64,000 nt of DNA from Planctomycetota bacterium. GTDB lineage: Bacteria > Planctomycetota > UBA1135. Made by a program: the position numbers and the translations under genes. This document shows positions 1-9,782 of the stretch, one piece after another (position 1 is the first letter of the stretch; each line of letters opens with the position of its first letter). Under the pieces are notes generated by a model. That model did no database searches and had not been told where the DNA came from. It saw only the letters and a program-made list of their open reading frames with translations. The stretch covers positions 314,738 to 378,737 of the forward strand of contig JAJFFC010000008.1 of the NCBI GenBank assembly GCA_021776795.1, in the 5' to 3' direction.

Positions 1-528
1 GCTGCCAGTTTGCACGAAGCTTATGGCGAACGCATGACCCCGAGTGAGGGCATCGCCAACATGAAGAGCGAGGAGCGCCTTGGCGTCAAGACCGGCAAAG
101 GCTTCTACAAGCATGATGGCAAGAAAGGCAATAAACCTCAGTTGTGTAGCGATCTCAAGCGCTTTCAAGAGAGCAAAAAGGCGCGGGATTTCTCCGACGA
201 GCAAATCGTCGAGCGCATGGTATTTGCCATGGTCAATGAAGCGGCGCGCTGCCTGGAAGAAGGCGTGGTCGCCAATCGTCAGCAATTGGACTTAGCCACT
301 GTCTTTGGTACCGGCTTCGCTCCTTTCCGCGGCGGCTTGATGCGCTATGCCGAGAGTTTGGGATGGCCTGAAGTCGTGGCCAAGCTCGATCGCATTGGGC
401 ACGAGCGTGATGTCGCTCTACGCAAAGGCGGCTGGGCCAAGTTCAAGCCAGCGGAATGGCTGCGTCAGCAGGTGGCACGGCAAGAAAATGCTGCTTCAAG
501 CACGCCGCCACCGCAAGAGATAATTTGA
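1..528 (+). CDS. C-terminal part of fatty acid oxidation complex alpha subunit (3-hydroxyacyl-CoA dehydrogenase, FadJ/FadB-like); 5' end outside window
   Basis: RLGVKTGKGFY, MVNEAARCLEEGV and DLATVFGTGFAPFRGG motifs; frame open at window edge. Confidence 0.85.
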   Translation, partial: AASLHEAYGERMTPSEGIANMKSEERLGVKTGKGFYKHDGKKGNKPQLCSDLKRFQESKKARDFSDEQIVERMVFAMVNEAARCLEEGVVANRQQLDLATVFGTGFAPFRGGLMRYAESLGWPEVVAKLDRIGHERDVALRKGGWAKFKPAEWLRQQVARQENAASSTPPPQEII

Positions 529-633
529 CCTGTGAGCTGACAAAACGGCGAAATAGTCCTAGCTATTTCATGGAGCTGCATTTTAATAACACCACCCATA
601 ATCAAAAAACGAGGCTAACTCCATGGGTTCATC

Positions 634-2169
634 CTAACGGAAGAAGGTTCCATCGAAATTTGTAGCACCCTTACGTTCAGAATCAGGTTTAAGAAGGATT
701 GAATGCGTGGCGCCAGATTCTTGATTGAATAGCTTAATTCTAACCGGAGCATGAGGAGTAAGGCATGATAGCGTCAAAATTTCTTCTCCAGAATTCTCTG
801 AGGAAATGTGACATTCGGAATTAAACCAAGGCGGCGAAACCGCCCAATCATACCTGTGTGTTTTCGCTAATAATACCGGACTCTGAGCATCACTAACAAG
901 ATCCTGGATTCTCTGATCGAACTCAGTTGTCACCTTTACATGATACTGTTCTTTTTTTCTGCCCCATGAACCTTCCCCAGTCCATGTTATTGTGTGTTCA
1001 AACAACTGCGGCCGCTGCAATATTTTTGTTCCAATATTAACGGTGTACTCTCCTTTGAGCATTTCAACATTTATGGGGTATTCCCAGAATGATGCACGTA
1101 ATTCTGTCACTGGAGCATTTACTTGATAGGCATTTGCCGTCAAATCCACAACAAAATTTCCTGCTGGGATTCCAGTAATCTCAAAAAAACCCAGGTCATC
1201 CGTAATGGCAGTGGAAAATGAATCTCCATAGGCCAATTCAATTGGGCGGCAAACAACTTCTAAATCGGTAAATGGTGAACCAAATTGGTCAATGACCCGA
1301 CCAACAATACTTGAATCTCCAATTTCCGATTTAAGATCCCCCAGAAAAACATTCTGTTTCTCCTCGAATCGAAATGGAGGAAAACTCCTTACTAGTTGGC
1401 CTTTGTACTGAGGGAATTTCTTAACGTTTAATACCACAGAAACTTCTACCCAACCAGGTGGGCAGCCTTCAATACTGAAATCGCCGTTCAAATCGGTGAG
1501 TGCACCTTCGGTGTAACCTCCCCGACCAGGAGCAATCCTTGAATACGCTGACACAGATGCCTCTGGTATTGGATTCCCTAGAAAATCTACGACTCTGCCC
1601 TGAATGCGCCCATATTCAAAAACCAGAATGTTCTTTTCATTACTCTTGCCGCCAGTTTGTCCATCAAGAATCACTAAGGCTTTCTCGTAGTCAGGTCTTG
1701 ATAATCCCAACTCACCTGGATTCCATTCTGAAGATGAGGGTCGAAGATTTGGAGGCAGTGTTGTTTTCCACACGATAAGCTCGTACTTACCAATAGAAAG
1801 ATTGGTAAAGCGGAATTCCCCCTTTTCCCCAGAAAATTGAGAATCTCGAGATTGGAATTCTTCAAGATCTCCTCTCCATTTGAACAATTCTACCTTTGCA
1901 TTAGCCACTGGAGTCCTCCCAATGTTCTGGAGAACTCGGCCATGAATTTCAAAAACAGGGTCATTTAGGCGAGCATCTGATTTCTTGTTTCGAGAAACGC
2001 CATTTCCTTCGATTGGAATGCCTGATTCTCCAATCGACCCGGCGGCAATCTGCCGCCGGGTTTCTTTTTGAGGGGTATCGACCATAGCTCCTCTTTTCAA
2101 GTTAAACAGCCACATGCAAAGAAAGACGGTAAGTAGTGCGATGCCCACCGCAGCATGCGAAATCTTCAT
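634..2169 (-). CDS. N-terminally anchored protein with carboxypeptidase-regulatory-like (CarboxypepD_reg) repeats
   Basis: N-terminal TM helix; repeated IxGRVxDxxGxP...TDxxGxF beta-sandwich motifs; AT-rich DNA; ATG directly abuts upstream TAA. Confidence 0.7.
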   Translation of the reverse strand: MKISHAAVGIALLTVFLCMWLFNLKRGAMVDTPQKETRRQIAAGSIGESGIPIEGNGVSRNKKSDARLNDPVFEIHGRVLQNIGRTPVANAKVELFKWRGDLEEFQSRDSQFSGEKGEFRFTNLSIGKYELIVWKTTLPPNLRPSSSEWNPGELGLSRPDYEKALVILDGQTGGKSNEKNILVFEYGRIQGRVVDFLGNPIPEASVSAYSRIAPGRGGYTEGALTDLNGDFSIEGCPPGWVEVSVVLNVKKFPQYKGQLVRSFPPFRFEEKQNVFLGDLKSEIGDSSIVGRVIDQFGSPFTDLEVVCRPIELAYGDSFSTAITDDLGFFEITGIPAGNFVVDLTANAYQVNAPVTELRASFWEYPINVEMLKGEYTVNIGTKILQRPQLFEHTITWTGEGSWGRKKEQYHVKVTTEFDQRIQDLVSDAQSPVLLAKTHRYDWAVSPPWFNSECHISSENSGEEILTLSCLTPHAPVRIKLFNQESGATHSILLKPDSERKGATNFDGTFFR

Positions 2170-3354
2170 TTATCGCACCACTCCGTCAACTCCATCAACT
2201 CCCTCTTGTGCAGTATCAGGATCCCCAGTGCCAAAAATGCCACCGTCTTTGCCAGATCCAACTGATCCGCTACCACCAGACTTCACGTCTCCACCATTTC
2301 CACCATCACCTCCATCAGTAGGATTTTGGCCGCTACCTCCACAGCCACCTTCGCCACCATCACCACCGGAACCGTTTAGGGTATTGCCGCCTTTGCCACC
2401 ATTGCCTGCTTCACCAGCATCAATGCCTTTCTTGACTCCATCACTAGGAGTATCTCCACCTGATCCTCCTTTTCCGCCATCTCCTCCACACCCGGCCATA
2501 CCATCTTTGGAGCCCCCTCCATCACCACCATTGCCTGCATCACCTGCTTCTGCATCAGGTTGATTCTGGAGATTATCACCTCCGTCACCACCCTTTCCTC
2601 CATTTCCTCCTTTGCCGCTCCCTGCAGCAATACCACCATCTCCACCAGCACCTCCTGAGCCTCCAAGGCGGTCGCCTGAGTATGGTGAACCACCAGGATG
2701 GTTCGCCCCATCACCCCCTTTACCGCCGGCACCAGCGTCTCCTGTAGGACCAAAACAATTACCACCATTTCCTCCAGCGCCTCCAGCGCCAGGCGCAATA
2801 AGACCATTCAGGGTGCCTGGATCCAATATTGCCCCTTTTCCTCCGCAGCCGCCTGTGCCTCCTTTGTCATAACCATTCCCGCCATCGCCTCCAGATGCAC
2901 CGTCTGTTGGGTTGCTGCCTAGCTCATCGCTGGCTCCATCAAGCCCCTCGCCACCGTCTCCTCCATTTCCACCATTCAGCCCACTTCTGCCTCCATTGCC
3001 AGCAGAAACCGGACGGACAGCACCTGTTATCCCAGGATCGCCATACCCTCCAGCCCCTCCATTTCCACTATTAACTCCTTTGCCACCATCTCCACCATGC
3101 CCCTTAGGGGGCTTAGGTGCAGAATCATTGGGGCAGGGGGCATTTGCAGGTGTGTCTGCTGGCCAGCCATCTCGACCATGCTCGTCTGCCCCAAGTTCAC
3201 CATCACTTCCAAATTTATAGTTATCTGGATAGAGGTGGTAGGACTTTCGATGGCCACAATCACCAGCACCTGCCCCGCCAGAAAGGCCAAAACTAGCACT
3301 TGACGAAAGAAATCCCATCAATAATACAAATCCAAAAGTCTTGAGTAATGTCAT
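2170..3354 (-). CDS. Secreted glycine-rich repeat protein (PGRS-like GGxGGxGG repeats)
   Basis: Signal peptide MTLLKTFGFVLLMGFLSSSASFG; long GGxGGxG tracts; GAGGAG-like RBS upstream. Confidence 0.75.
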   Translation of the reverse strand: MTLLKTFGFVLLMGFLSSSASFGLSGGAGAGDCGHRKSYHLYPDNYKFGSDGELGADEHGRDGWPADTPANAPCPNDSAPKPPKGHGGDGGKGVNSGNGGAGGYGDPGITGAVRPVSAGNGGRSGLNGGNGGDGGEGLDGASDELGSNPTDGASGGDGGNGYDKGGTGGCGGKGAILDPGTLNGLIAPGAGGAGGNGGNCFGPTGDAGAGGKGGDGANHPGGSPYSGDRLGGSGGAGGDGGIAAGSGKGGNGGKGGDGGDNLQNQPDAEAGDAGNGGDGGGSKDGMAGCGGDGGKGGSGGDTPSDGVKKGIDAGEAGNGGKGGNTLNGSGGDGGEGGCGGSGQNPTDGGDGGNGGDVKSGGSGSVGSGKDGGIFGTGDPDTAQEGVDGVDGVVR

Positions 3355-3676
3355 GCTCTCGATATCACTCCTCGCACCTAAGTAACTTGGAAATACACCG
3401 CGAATCTGCGATTGACTTTAAAATCATGCAGACCGTTGGGAGAAAGAGAAAATAGTGACGTGATAGACATGGCGATAGTGAATTGAGAGAAGGCTGCGGT
3501 TGATTCTGTTGGATAGCGGGAGTTTATGCAGAGAGCTGGCGACTAGGACATCCTCGGCGCCTGACAATGAATGGATGATGTAATCAAATAACTTAAGTTC
3601 CAAAAACTAGCAGTTGCTCTGCCTCAAGCTTTTCTCAGGAAGGACCATTGAATCTTTGTCAAGACCATTCCTAGTT

Positions 3677-3717
3677 AAAAGCGCCCCGACCTGCGTGCTT
3701 AATGCGTGGTCGGGGCG
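3677..3717 (-). terminator. Intrinsic terminator-like hairpin
   Basis: CGCCCCGACC (3682-3691) pairs with GGTCGGGGCG (3708-3717); T-run follows on minus strand. Confidence 0.6.
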
Positions 3718-3732
3718 AATGTTGTTGCGAAG

Positions 3733-3772
3733 AAAAAAAGTGACGGTCATCGACCCTAACGATGACCGCCAC
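3733..3772 (-). terminator. Intrinsic terminator with UUAGGGU loop
   Basis: 13-bp stem 3740-3752/3760-3772 (one G-U pair on minus strand) followed by T7. Confidence 0.75.
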
Positions 3773-4069
3773 AACCTAAGCCAGGGGAATGTTCCTACGA
3801 TGGAGTGGCGAAGACCCTAAACAACGCATCCATCTAAAACCCTGAACAGAGGGGATCAAGTCCGACCGAAGGTGACTCCCGGGCGGCTGATGCCGAATGG
3901 GGGGCCGCGGTGGCGGACAGAAAGAGCGAGACCAAACCGTCTTCGGCCCTCTGGCCCCGGGCGGTGTTCGTCTCCCGGCTTGCTTTGTCTACGCTGCTTA
4001 GGACTACCTGGTTAGCAGGATTCCCTGGAAAATTATGGAACCTTGCAAATTTCCCATGCCCATGGCGTA

Positions 4070-4453
4070 TTAGTTCCCGTTTCGGTTGCGATTTAGGAGG
4101 TCGGCGAGCAAGAACGCCACGCCAAGAAGGCTCAAAATGATTCCAAAAACGGGGCCTTCTTGATCATTGTGATGGATGTATCCAAGCTCCTTGCTGAGTA
4201 AGAGCGCACCTCCAATCGCCAACAGGACCAAACCGCGAACATAGGGCCGGCGACCAGAGGGAGAATCCTCATCAGGTTTACGCTGTTCACCTAGCGCCTT
4301 GACCACGATTTCGGGGTCCATTCCATTCTCGATGGCCTTCTCCACGGCACGAGCTCGATCGCGGTTTTTCCGACTGTCAAAGAAGAAGTAGGCAATCGGA
4401 ATCGAAAAGGCGCCACCCATGGCGACGATGGGGATGATGATTTCTGCATCCAT
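4070..4453 (-). CDS. Small membrane protein, DUF6249-like
   Basis: MDAEIIIPIVAMGG...AIENGMDPE; three hydrophobic segments; GGAG upstream of ATG 4453. Confidence 0.65.
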   Translation of the reverse strand: MDAEIIIPIVAMGGAFSIPIAYFFFDSRKNRDRARAVEKAIENGMDPEIVVKALGEQRKPDEDSPSGRRPYVRGLVLLAIGGALLLSKELGYIHHNDQEGPVFGIILSLLGVAFLLADLLNRNRNGN

Positions 4454-4458
4454 GTTGC

Positions 4459-4492
4459 TCCTTTGACCGGACCGGACCTTCCTTGGTTGCAG
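4459..4492 (-). promoter_or_regulatory. Putative ECF sigma promoter TGCAAC-N18-GTCAAA
   Basis: Near-identical motif and spacing to 11084-11117 upstream of the ECF sigma gene. Confidence 0.55.
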
Positions 4493-4554
4493 CGATTCCA
4501 CAAAAGAGGGCGTGCTGGAAGCGGCCACCCTCTCGGCTTATCGTGGTAGCGGCT

Positions 4555-6828
4555 ATGTCCGCACCGCCCCCATCCGCAGGACGTCTGTTCCTGGTCAGCA
4601 ATCGATTACCGGTCACTCTTTCTGAGGGCGAAAACGGCCTTGAGGCCACTCTTAGCGCTGGTGGTTTGGCCACCGGCCTAGTTGGCCTGCACCAAGAATC
4701 CGGCGGAGGCTGGATTGGCTGGCCTGGTCTCACCACCGCCGACGGCACCTTGAGCACCGAAGTGCAGGAAGCTTTGCGGGCACGCGACCTCATCGGCGTC
4801 GGGCTGAGCGAGGAAGAACACCGCGGCTACTACCAGAAGTTATCGAACCAGTGCATTTGGCCACTGTTCCATTACTTCAAGGAGCGCATGCACTACGACG
4901 ACGACGATTGGGAGCAGTACGTCGCCATCAATCGTCGCTTCGCCGACGCCGTACTGGCCGAAGTACAAGACGAAGATGTGGTTTTCGTGCAGGACTTTCA
5001 CTTAATGCTGCTGCCCGCCATGCTGCGCGAGGCGCGGCCAAATCTACGCATCGGCTTCTTCCTGCACATCCCCTTCCCCTCCTCCGAAGTTTTCCGCATC
5101 TTTCCCCGCCGCGAGGAGCTGCTGCGTGGCGTGCTCGGCGCGGACTACATCGCCTTCCACACCATGGGTTATCTGCGGCATTTCCGCTCCTCGGTGTGCC
5201 ACTTGCTCGGATTGGAAACGCGCACCTCGTCGATTGACCTCGGCGATCGCTCGGTGCGCCTCGACTCGCGCCCGCTTCCGATTGATGGTTGGCGTTGGGG
5301 ACCTGGCAGCGAAGAAGACGAGCAAAAGATTGCCGACTATCAACAGGAGCTAGCCGAAATGGCAGATGGTCGCCAACTGGTCTTGGGTGTCGAGCGCATG
5401 GACTACACCAAGGGCATCCCGGAACGCTTGCTCGCGGTGAAAGACTTCCTGGCCGAGGACCCGAGCCGCGTCGACCGCATGTTCATGGTCCAGGTGGCGG
5501 TCCCATCGCGTGCCGAAGTCGACGACTACCGCGAGCTCAAAGACGAAGTCGACCGCCTAGCCGGTTCCATCAACAGTGAGTTTGGTCGCCCCGGTCGTCT
5601 TCCACTGCACTATCTATATCAGTCAGTCCCGCCGTGGCAATTGCGCGCGCTCTATCGCTCGGCTGACGTCGCCCTGGTCACACCGTTGCGCGATGGCCTC
5701 AACTTGGTCGCCAAGGAGTATGTGGCTTCGCGCCTCGATAACGACGGCGCTTTGGTGCTCGGCGAATCCACCGGCGCAGCTTGGGAGCTGGGCGAAGCGC
5801 TACGCGTGAATCCTTATGACCCCGATGCCATGTGCCGCGCACTTGGCCATGCTTTGGACATGCCCAAGGACGAGCAGATCGCACGGATGGCCCCGATGCG
5901 CGAGCGCGTGCTCGACAATGACATCGAAAAATGGGCGCGCGGGTGCCTGCATGCCATCCGCCGCTCGCATCGCGTCGGCCCGGCGCCTGCACCGCTCGGC
6001 GTCGACGCCCGCCAAGAGCTGCTGGAGAATTGGCAACGCGGCACCGCCCCGGCCATCTTGCTTCTCGATTACGACGGCACCCTGCAGCCCTTTGCCCAAC
6101 GCCCCGAAGGCGCTGTTCCTGATCCTGAGCTGCTCTCGCTCCTGCGCCGGCTTGCTCAACTGCCACAAGTGGAGCCGTGGGTGGTTTCCGGTCGTCCGCC
6201 GCAGGTGCTAGACGAGTGGCTCGGCGCCACTGGTGTTGGATTTGTTGCCGAACATGGTGCCTACCTGCGCAATCCAGGCGCTAAGGAGTTCCAATCTCTG
6301 CTCGACAACGACGCCCTAACTTGGCGCGATGACGTGCGGCCGATTTTGGAACGCTTCGTCGGCCATGTTCCCGGCAGCTTGATCGAAGAAAAAGCCGTCG
6401 GCCTAGCTTGGCATTACCGCGAGGCCGATCCGGTCCTCGGTGCGTGGCAAGCGCGCGAGTTGTTCCAGCACCTGACCGAACTCCTACCTGACCAGGGCGT
6501 CCAGGTCATGCGCGGCAACAAAGTGATTGAAGTGCGCCCGGCAAGCGTCAGCAAAGGCATGAGTTCGCGGCGCATTCTCAAGGCGCTCGACCCAGCCAAA
6601 GATCGCTTCCTGTTGGCCGCCGGCGATGACATCACCGACGAAAGCTTGTTCCGCATGCTTCCAGACAGCGCCTGGACCTTGTTAGTGGGCAGCCGCAAGT
6701 CCCAAGCACGCTTCCGCCTGGAAAATCCGGCGGAGCTACGCGCTTTGCTGACCTGGCTCGCCGATTGCCCTCCCCCCGCGCCCACCGCCGCGTCAAGCCA
6801 GGCCGCCGGAAGCGCCGATAGGTCCTAA
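4555..6828 (+). CDS. Bifunctional trehalose-6-phosphate synthase/phosphatase (OtsA-OtsB fusion)
   Basis: [39 protein letters not shown] (GT20); LDYDGTL and GDDITDE (HAD phosphatase). Confidence 0.92.
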   Translation: MSAPPPSAGRLFLVSNRLPVTLSEGENGLEATLSAGGLATGLVGLHQESGGGWIGWPGLTTADGTLSTEVQEALRARDLIGVGLSEEEHRGYYQKLSNQCIWPLFHYFKERMHYDDDDWEQYVAINRRFADAVLAEVQDEDVVFVQDFHLMLLPAMLREARPNLRIGFFLHIPFPSSEVFRIFPRREELLRGVLGADYIAFHTMGYLRHFRSSVCHLLGLETRTSSIDLGDRSVRLDSRPLPIDGWRWGPGSEEDEQKIADYQQELAEMADGRQLVLGVERMDYTKGIPERLLAVKDFLAEDPSRVDRMFMVQVAVPSRAEVDDYRELKDEVDRLAGSINSEFGRPGRLPLHYLYQSVPPWQLRALYRSADVALVTPLRDGLNLVAKEYVASRLDNDGALVLGESTGAAWELGEALRVNPYDPDAMCRALGHALDMPKDEQIARMAPMRERVLDNDIEKWARGCLHAIRRSHRVGPAPAPLGVDARQELLENWQRGTAPAILLLDYDGTLQPFAQRPEGAVPDPELLSLLRRLAQLPQVEPWVVSGRPPQVLDEWLGATGVGFVAEHGAYLRNPGAKEFQSLLDNDALTWRDDVRPILERFVGHVPGSLIEEKAVGLAWHYREADPVLGAWQARELFQHLTELLPDQGVQVMRGNKVIEVRPASVSKGMSSRRILKALDPAKDRFLLAAGDDITDESLFRMLPDSAWTLLVGSRKSQARFRLENPAELRALLTWLADCPPPAPTAASSQAAGSADRS

Positions 6829-6856
6829 TGGGCCAACCCCTGTCCCGCTTGTTTGC

Positions 6857-8644
6857 ATGCATTTAGACCACGGCATTCTTGGCAATGGCCGCATTTTGGC
6901 GCTGGTCCACCCGGACAGCAGCATGGATTGGCTGTGCATGCCGCGCTTCGACAGTCCTTCTGTCTTCGCGCGCATCCTCGACGAAGAGAAAGGCGGCTGC
7001 TGGAGTTTCGTCGATGGCGATGGCCAGCCACTCAAAGGCGAGCTCAGCTATGTCCACAACACCAATGTGTTGCGTCACGTCTTCCGCGATGAACACGGCG
7101 CCTGGGAGTTGTTCGACTTTGCGCCACGGATTCCCGACGGTTTGCGCCACAAGACTCCCCTGCGAGTCACGCGCTTGTTGCGCCCACTCGAAGGGCGGCC
7201 GCGACTGGCAGTGCGCTTCGACCCGCGCCCGAACTATGGTCGTGAACAACCGCGCTTGCTCCCGGGCACTCACGGCTTGGAGTTCGAAGGCGATGGCCAG
7301 CCCTACACGCTGCAGACCAACTTGCCTTTGGATTACATCGAGAGTGGCCGCGCCTTCACCCTCGACGCTCCGCGCTTCTTCACCCTCGACTATGGCCTCG
7401 TCGGTGCGCCGCAGCATCTCGACGACATCCATCGCGAACTGGATCTCACCATCGCCGGTTGGCGCCACTGGGCGCGCAACTCCTCGCTGCCTGGCTTTGC
7501 CGATGAAGAGGTGCTGCGCTCGGCCTTGTGCCTCAAACTGCACGCCTACGAGGACACCGGTGCCATCATTGCCGCGAGTACCACGAGCATTCCCGAGGTC
7601 ATCGGCGAACCGCGAACTTGGGATTATCGCTTCTGCTGGCTGCGCGATTCGGTCTTCACCGTCGAAGCCCTGCGCCGCCTCGCCCACTTCTTTGAAGGGC
7701 GCCAGTTCTTACGCTTCCTGCTCGACGTGGTGGAAGGCGGAGAACTCCAGCCGCTCTATGGCATCGGCGGCGAACGCGAACTCCCCGAAGAAGAATTGCT
7801 GCACTTAAGCGGCTATGAAGGGACCTCGCCGGTGCGCGTCGGCAACGCTGCTGCTGCGCAATACCAGGCCGACCTCATGGGCGAAGTGGTGTTGTGCATT
7901 CGCAGCATGCTAGTCGACACCCGCTCCGACCTGCGCAACCCCAAGCACTGGCATCCGCTCGTCGAGCGCATGGTCGAAGAAGCCATCGAGGGCTTCACCA
8001 AGCCCGACATGGGCATTTGGGAATACCGTGGACGCCCGATGCGCCACACCTTCTCGCGCGCCATGTGTTGGGCGGCCGTCCACCACGGCAGTTTCATCGC
8101 CGAGCACTTCGGTGCCACCGAGCAGGCCGAAGAATGGCGCAAGGTTGCTGCCAAGATGAAGGAAGAGGTGCTGGAAGAAGCGTGGAACGAAGAACTCGGC
8201 ATGTTTGTCCAGGCCGAAGATTCCCCCCACGCCGACGCCGCCCTGCTGTTGCTGCCTTCGATCGATCTGATCAAGGCCACCGACCCGCGCTTCCTATCCA
8301 CCCTCGATCGCTACAAGGAGCTCCTGGTCAGCGAAACAGGCGTCATGCGCTACGTCCATGGCGACGACTTCGGCGTGCCTACAAGTAGCTTCACCATCTG
8401 TAGCTTCTGGTGGATTGAAGCCCTCGCCATGGCCGGCCGCCTCGACGAAGCGATGGAAATGTTCGATCAGGTCTGTAGCCAAGCCAATCCGCTTGGCCTC
8501 TTCAGCGAAGACTACGACCCCGTCGCCAAGCGCATGCTCGGCAACTTTCCTCAAGCCTACACCCACGTTGGTTTGATCAACGCGGCCATGACCATTGGCA
8601 ATTTACTGCGCGCCCGCGACGGGCGTTTCCACGCCTGGAGTTAG
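6857..8644 (+). CDS. Glycoside hydrolase family 15 (glucoamylase/trehalase-like)
   Basis: WLCMPRFDSPSVF, WDYRFCWLRDS, GIWEYR, LFSED, GNFPQAYTH motifs. Confidence 0.9.
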   Translation: MHLDHGILGNGRILALVHPDSSMDWLCMPRFDSPSVFARILDEEKGGCWSFVDGDGQPLKGELSYVHNTNVLRHVFRDEHGAWELFDFAPRIPDGLRHKTPLRVTRLLRPLEGRPRLAVRFDPRPNYGREQPRLLPGTHGLEFEGDGQPYTLQTNLPLDYIESGRAFTLDAPRFFTLDYGLVGAPQHLDDIHRELDLTIAGWRHWARNSSLPGFADEEVLRSALCLKLHAYEDTGAIIAASTTSIPEVIGEPRTWDYRFCWLRDSVFTVEALRRLAHFFEGRQFLRFLLDVVEGGELQPLYGIGGERELPEEELLHLSGYEGTSPVRVGNAAAAQYQADLMGEVVLCIRSMLVDTRSDLRNPKHWHPLVERMVEEAIEGFTKPDMGIWEYRGRPMRHTFSRAMCWAAVHHGSFIAEHFGATEQAEEWRKVAAKMKEEVLEEAWNEELGMFVQAEDSPHADAALLLLPSIDLIKATDPRFLSTLDRYKELLVSETGVMRYVHGDDFGVPTSSFTICSFWWIEALAMAGRLDEAMEMFDQVCSQANPLGLFSEDYDPVAKRMLGNFPQAYTHVGLINAAMTIGNLLRARDGRFHAWS

Positions 8645-8663
8645 GCTGCCTGCGGAATGGCAT

Positions 8664-8698
8664 AAAAAAGGGAGCCCAGGACTAAAGTCCTGGGCTCC
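8664..8698 (-). terminator. Terminator between convergent genes
   Basis: GGAGCCCAGGACT / AGTCCTGGGCTCC inverted repeat with A6 flank. Confidence 0.75.
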
Positions 8699-8720
8699 GC
8701 AAATGCGAATCTCGATTAGT

Positions 8721-9650
8721 TTAGAGAACCGCCGCGTTGCTCACGGCACAGGAACCGAGATCCACCGCTTGGACGGTCAGACCACAGGCGCCAGCTGGCA
8801 AAGTCACCGCGAAGCTCACCCCGCCGCCAGCATCGGCACCCAAGATGGTAGCCAAGGTTGGGGAACCAATGTCCAGGGAAGTTCCCGCGCAACCGCCAGA
8901 AGGAATGCTGAAGCTACCAGCAGGGCCATAAGCCAAAGCCACGCCACCGAATGGAGTCGCACCGGCAATATCCAAGGTCACAGGACCAGGGCACGTTCCC
9001 GTGACGGTCAGCGATGGGCCGCTAGGACCGGCATCGTAGTACATGGTGCCATTCCAATTCCGAGTTTGGAAAATCGTTCCCGAGAAGCCAGTGTCGGTCA
9101 GACCTGCATTGGTGAGCAAGGTGACATCGGCGTTGGAGAAGGTATCGCCACCGGTGGTGCCGTTGGTGTAGCGGAAGGACTGCACGCCGTAGCTCGTTAA
9201 GGCGACGTAGATCCCGTAGGTGGTACCCGAGGCGAAGGTCACGCCGTTACCAGTCATGTCCATGAAGGTAGGCAGGTCTTGTCCAGCGGAAACACCGGAG
9301 TAGCTACCAATCAGGGTCCATGCTGCGGCGTTGTTTTCAATGCCGTAGGAGGTACCCGTCGCGTAGTAAACATCGATGGTGGCCGAAGTACCAGCGGCAG
9401 TGACATTGATATCGAGGCCAGTCAGAGTCAGGTCTGCGTTTGGCGTGATATCAAACATGTTGCCGGCAAACTGGTTGTTGCTAGCGAAGGTCGTGGTCAA
9501 CGATCCTGGGGCTTGCACCGCAGGGCCTTGTGCACCATTCAGGTTCAGGGAGGATTGACCATCATCGGAGGTGGAAAGGGATTGGGCGCCGAGTGGGGCA
9601 GCCACTAACGCAAAGGCGCAAAGAGCGCCCGCAAGAGAGGTTACATTCAT
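8721..9650 (-). CDS. Secreted hypothetical protein with conserved ~95-aa C-terminal domain (paralogue of 9783-10637)
   Basis: Signal peptide; shared FAGNMFDITP, SAGxDLPT, RYTNG, WNGTxxY and QAVDLxSCAVSN blocks. Confidence 0.75.
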   Translation of the reverse strand: MNVTSLAGALCAFALVAAPLGAQSLSTSDDGQSSLNLNGAQGPAVQAPGSLTTTFASNNQFAGNMFDITPNADLTLTGLDINVTAAGTSATIDVYYATGTSYGIENNAAAWTLIGSYSGVSAGQDLPTFMDMTGNGVTFASGTTYGIYVALTSYGVQSFRYTNGTTGGDTFSNADVTLLTNAGLTDTGFSGTIFQTRNWNGTMYYDAGPSGPSLTVTGTCPGPVTLDIAGATPFGGVALAYGPAGSFSIPSGGCAGTSLDIGSPTLATILGADAGGGVSFAVTLPAGACGLTVQAVDLGSCAVSNAAVL

Positions 9651-9782
9651 GTTAAGGGGTAGGTTATTGGGGGGGGGGCCGGCGGGTTGGAACCCACCGA
9701 AGCACAATTCCTAGATTAGACGAAAACCACTCGTTTCGGCCAATAAAACGTGAAAATTAGGGGGAACAAAGAAAGTCGCAAA

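Noticed and set aside
2114..3220. Proline-rich plus-strand ORFs
   Set aside because: Antisense shadows of the glycine-rich gene (GGN codons read as CCN).
3753..3820. TTAGGG as telomeric repeat or eukaryotic contamination
   Set aside because: Copies are isolated rather than tandem and sit in bacterial terminator context.
3614..4140. Short plus-strand ORFs in the intergenic region
   Set aside because: No recognisable motifs or RBS, and one runs through terminator hairpins.
6863..8388. Long alternative-frame and antisense ORFs over the GH15 gene (and similar ones over other GC-rich genes)
   Set aside because: Expected from high-GC codon bias; no protein motifs.
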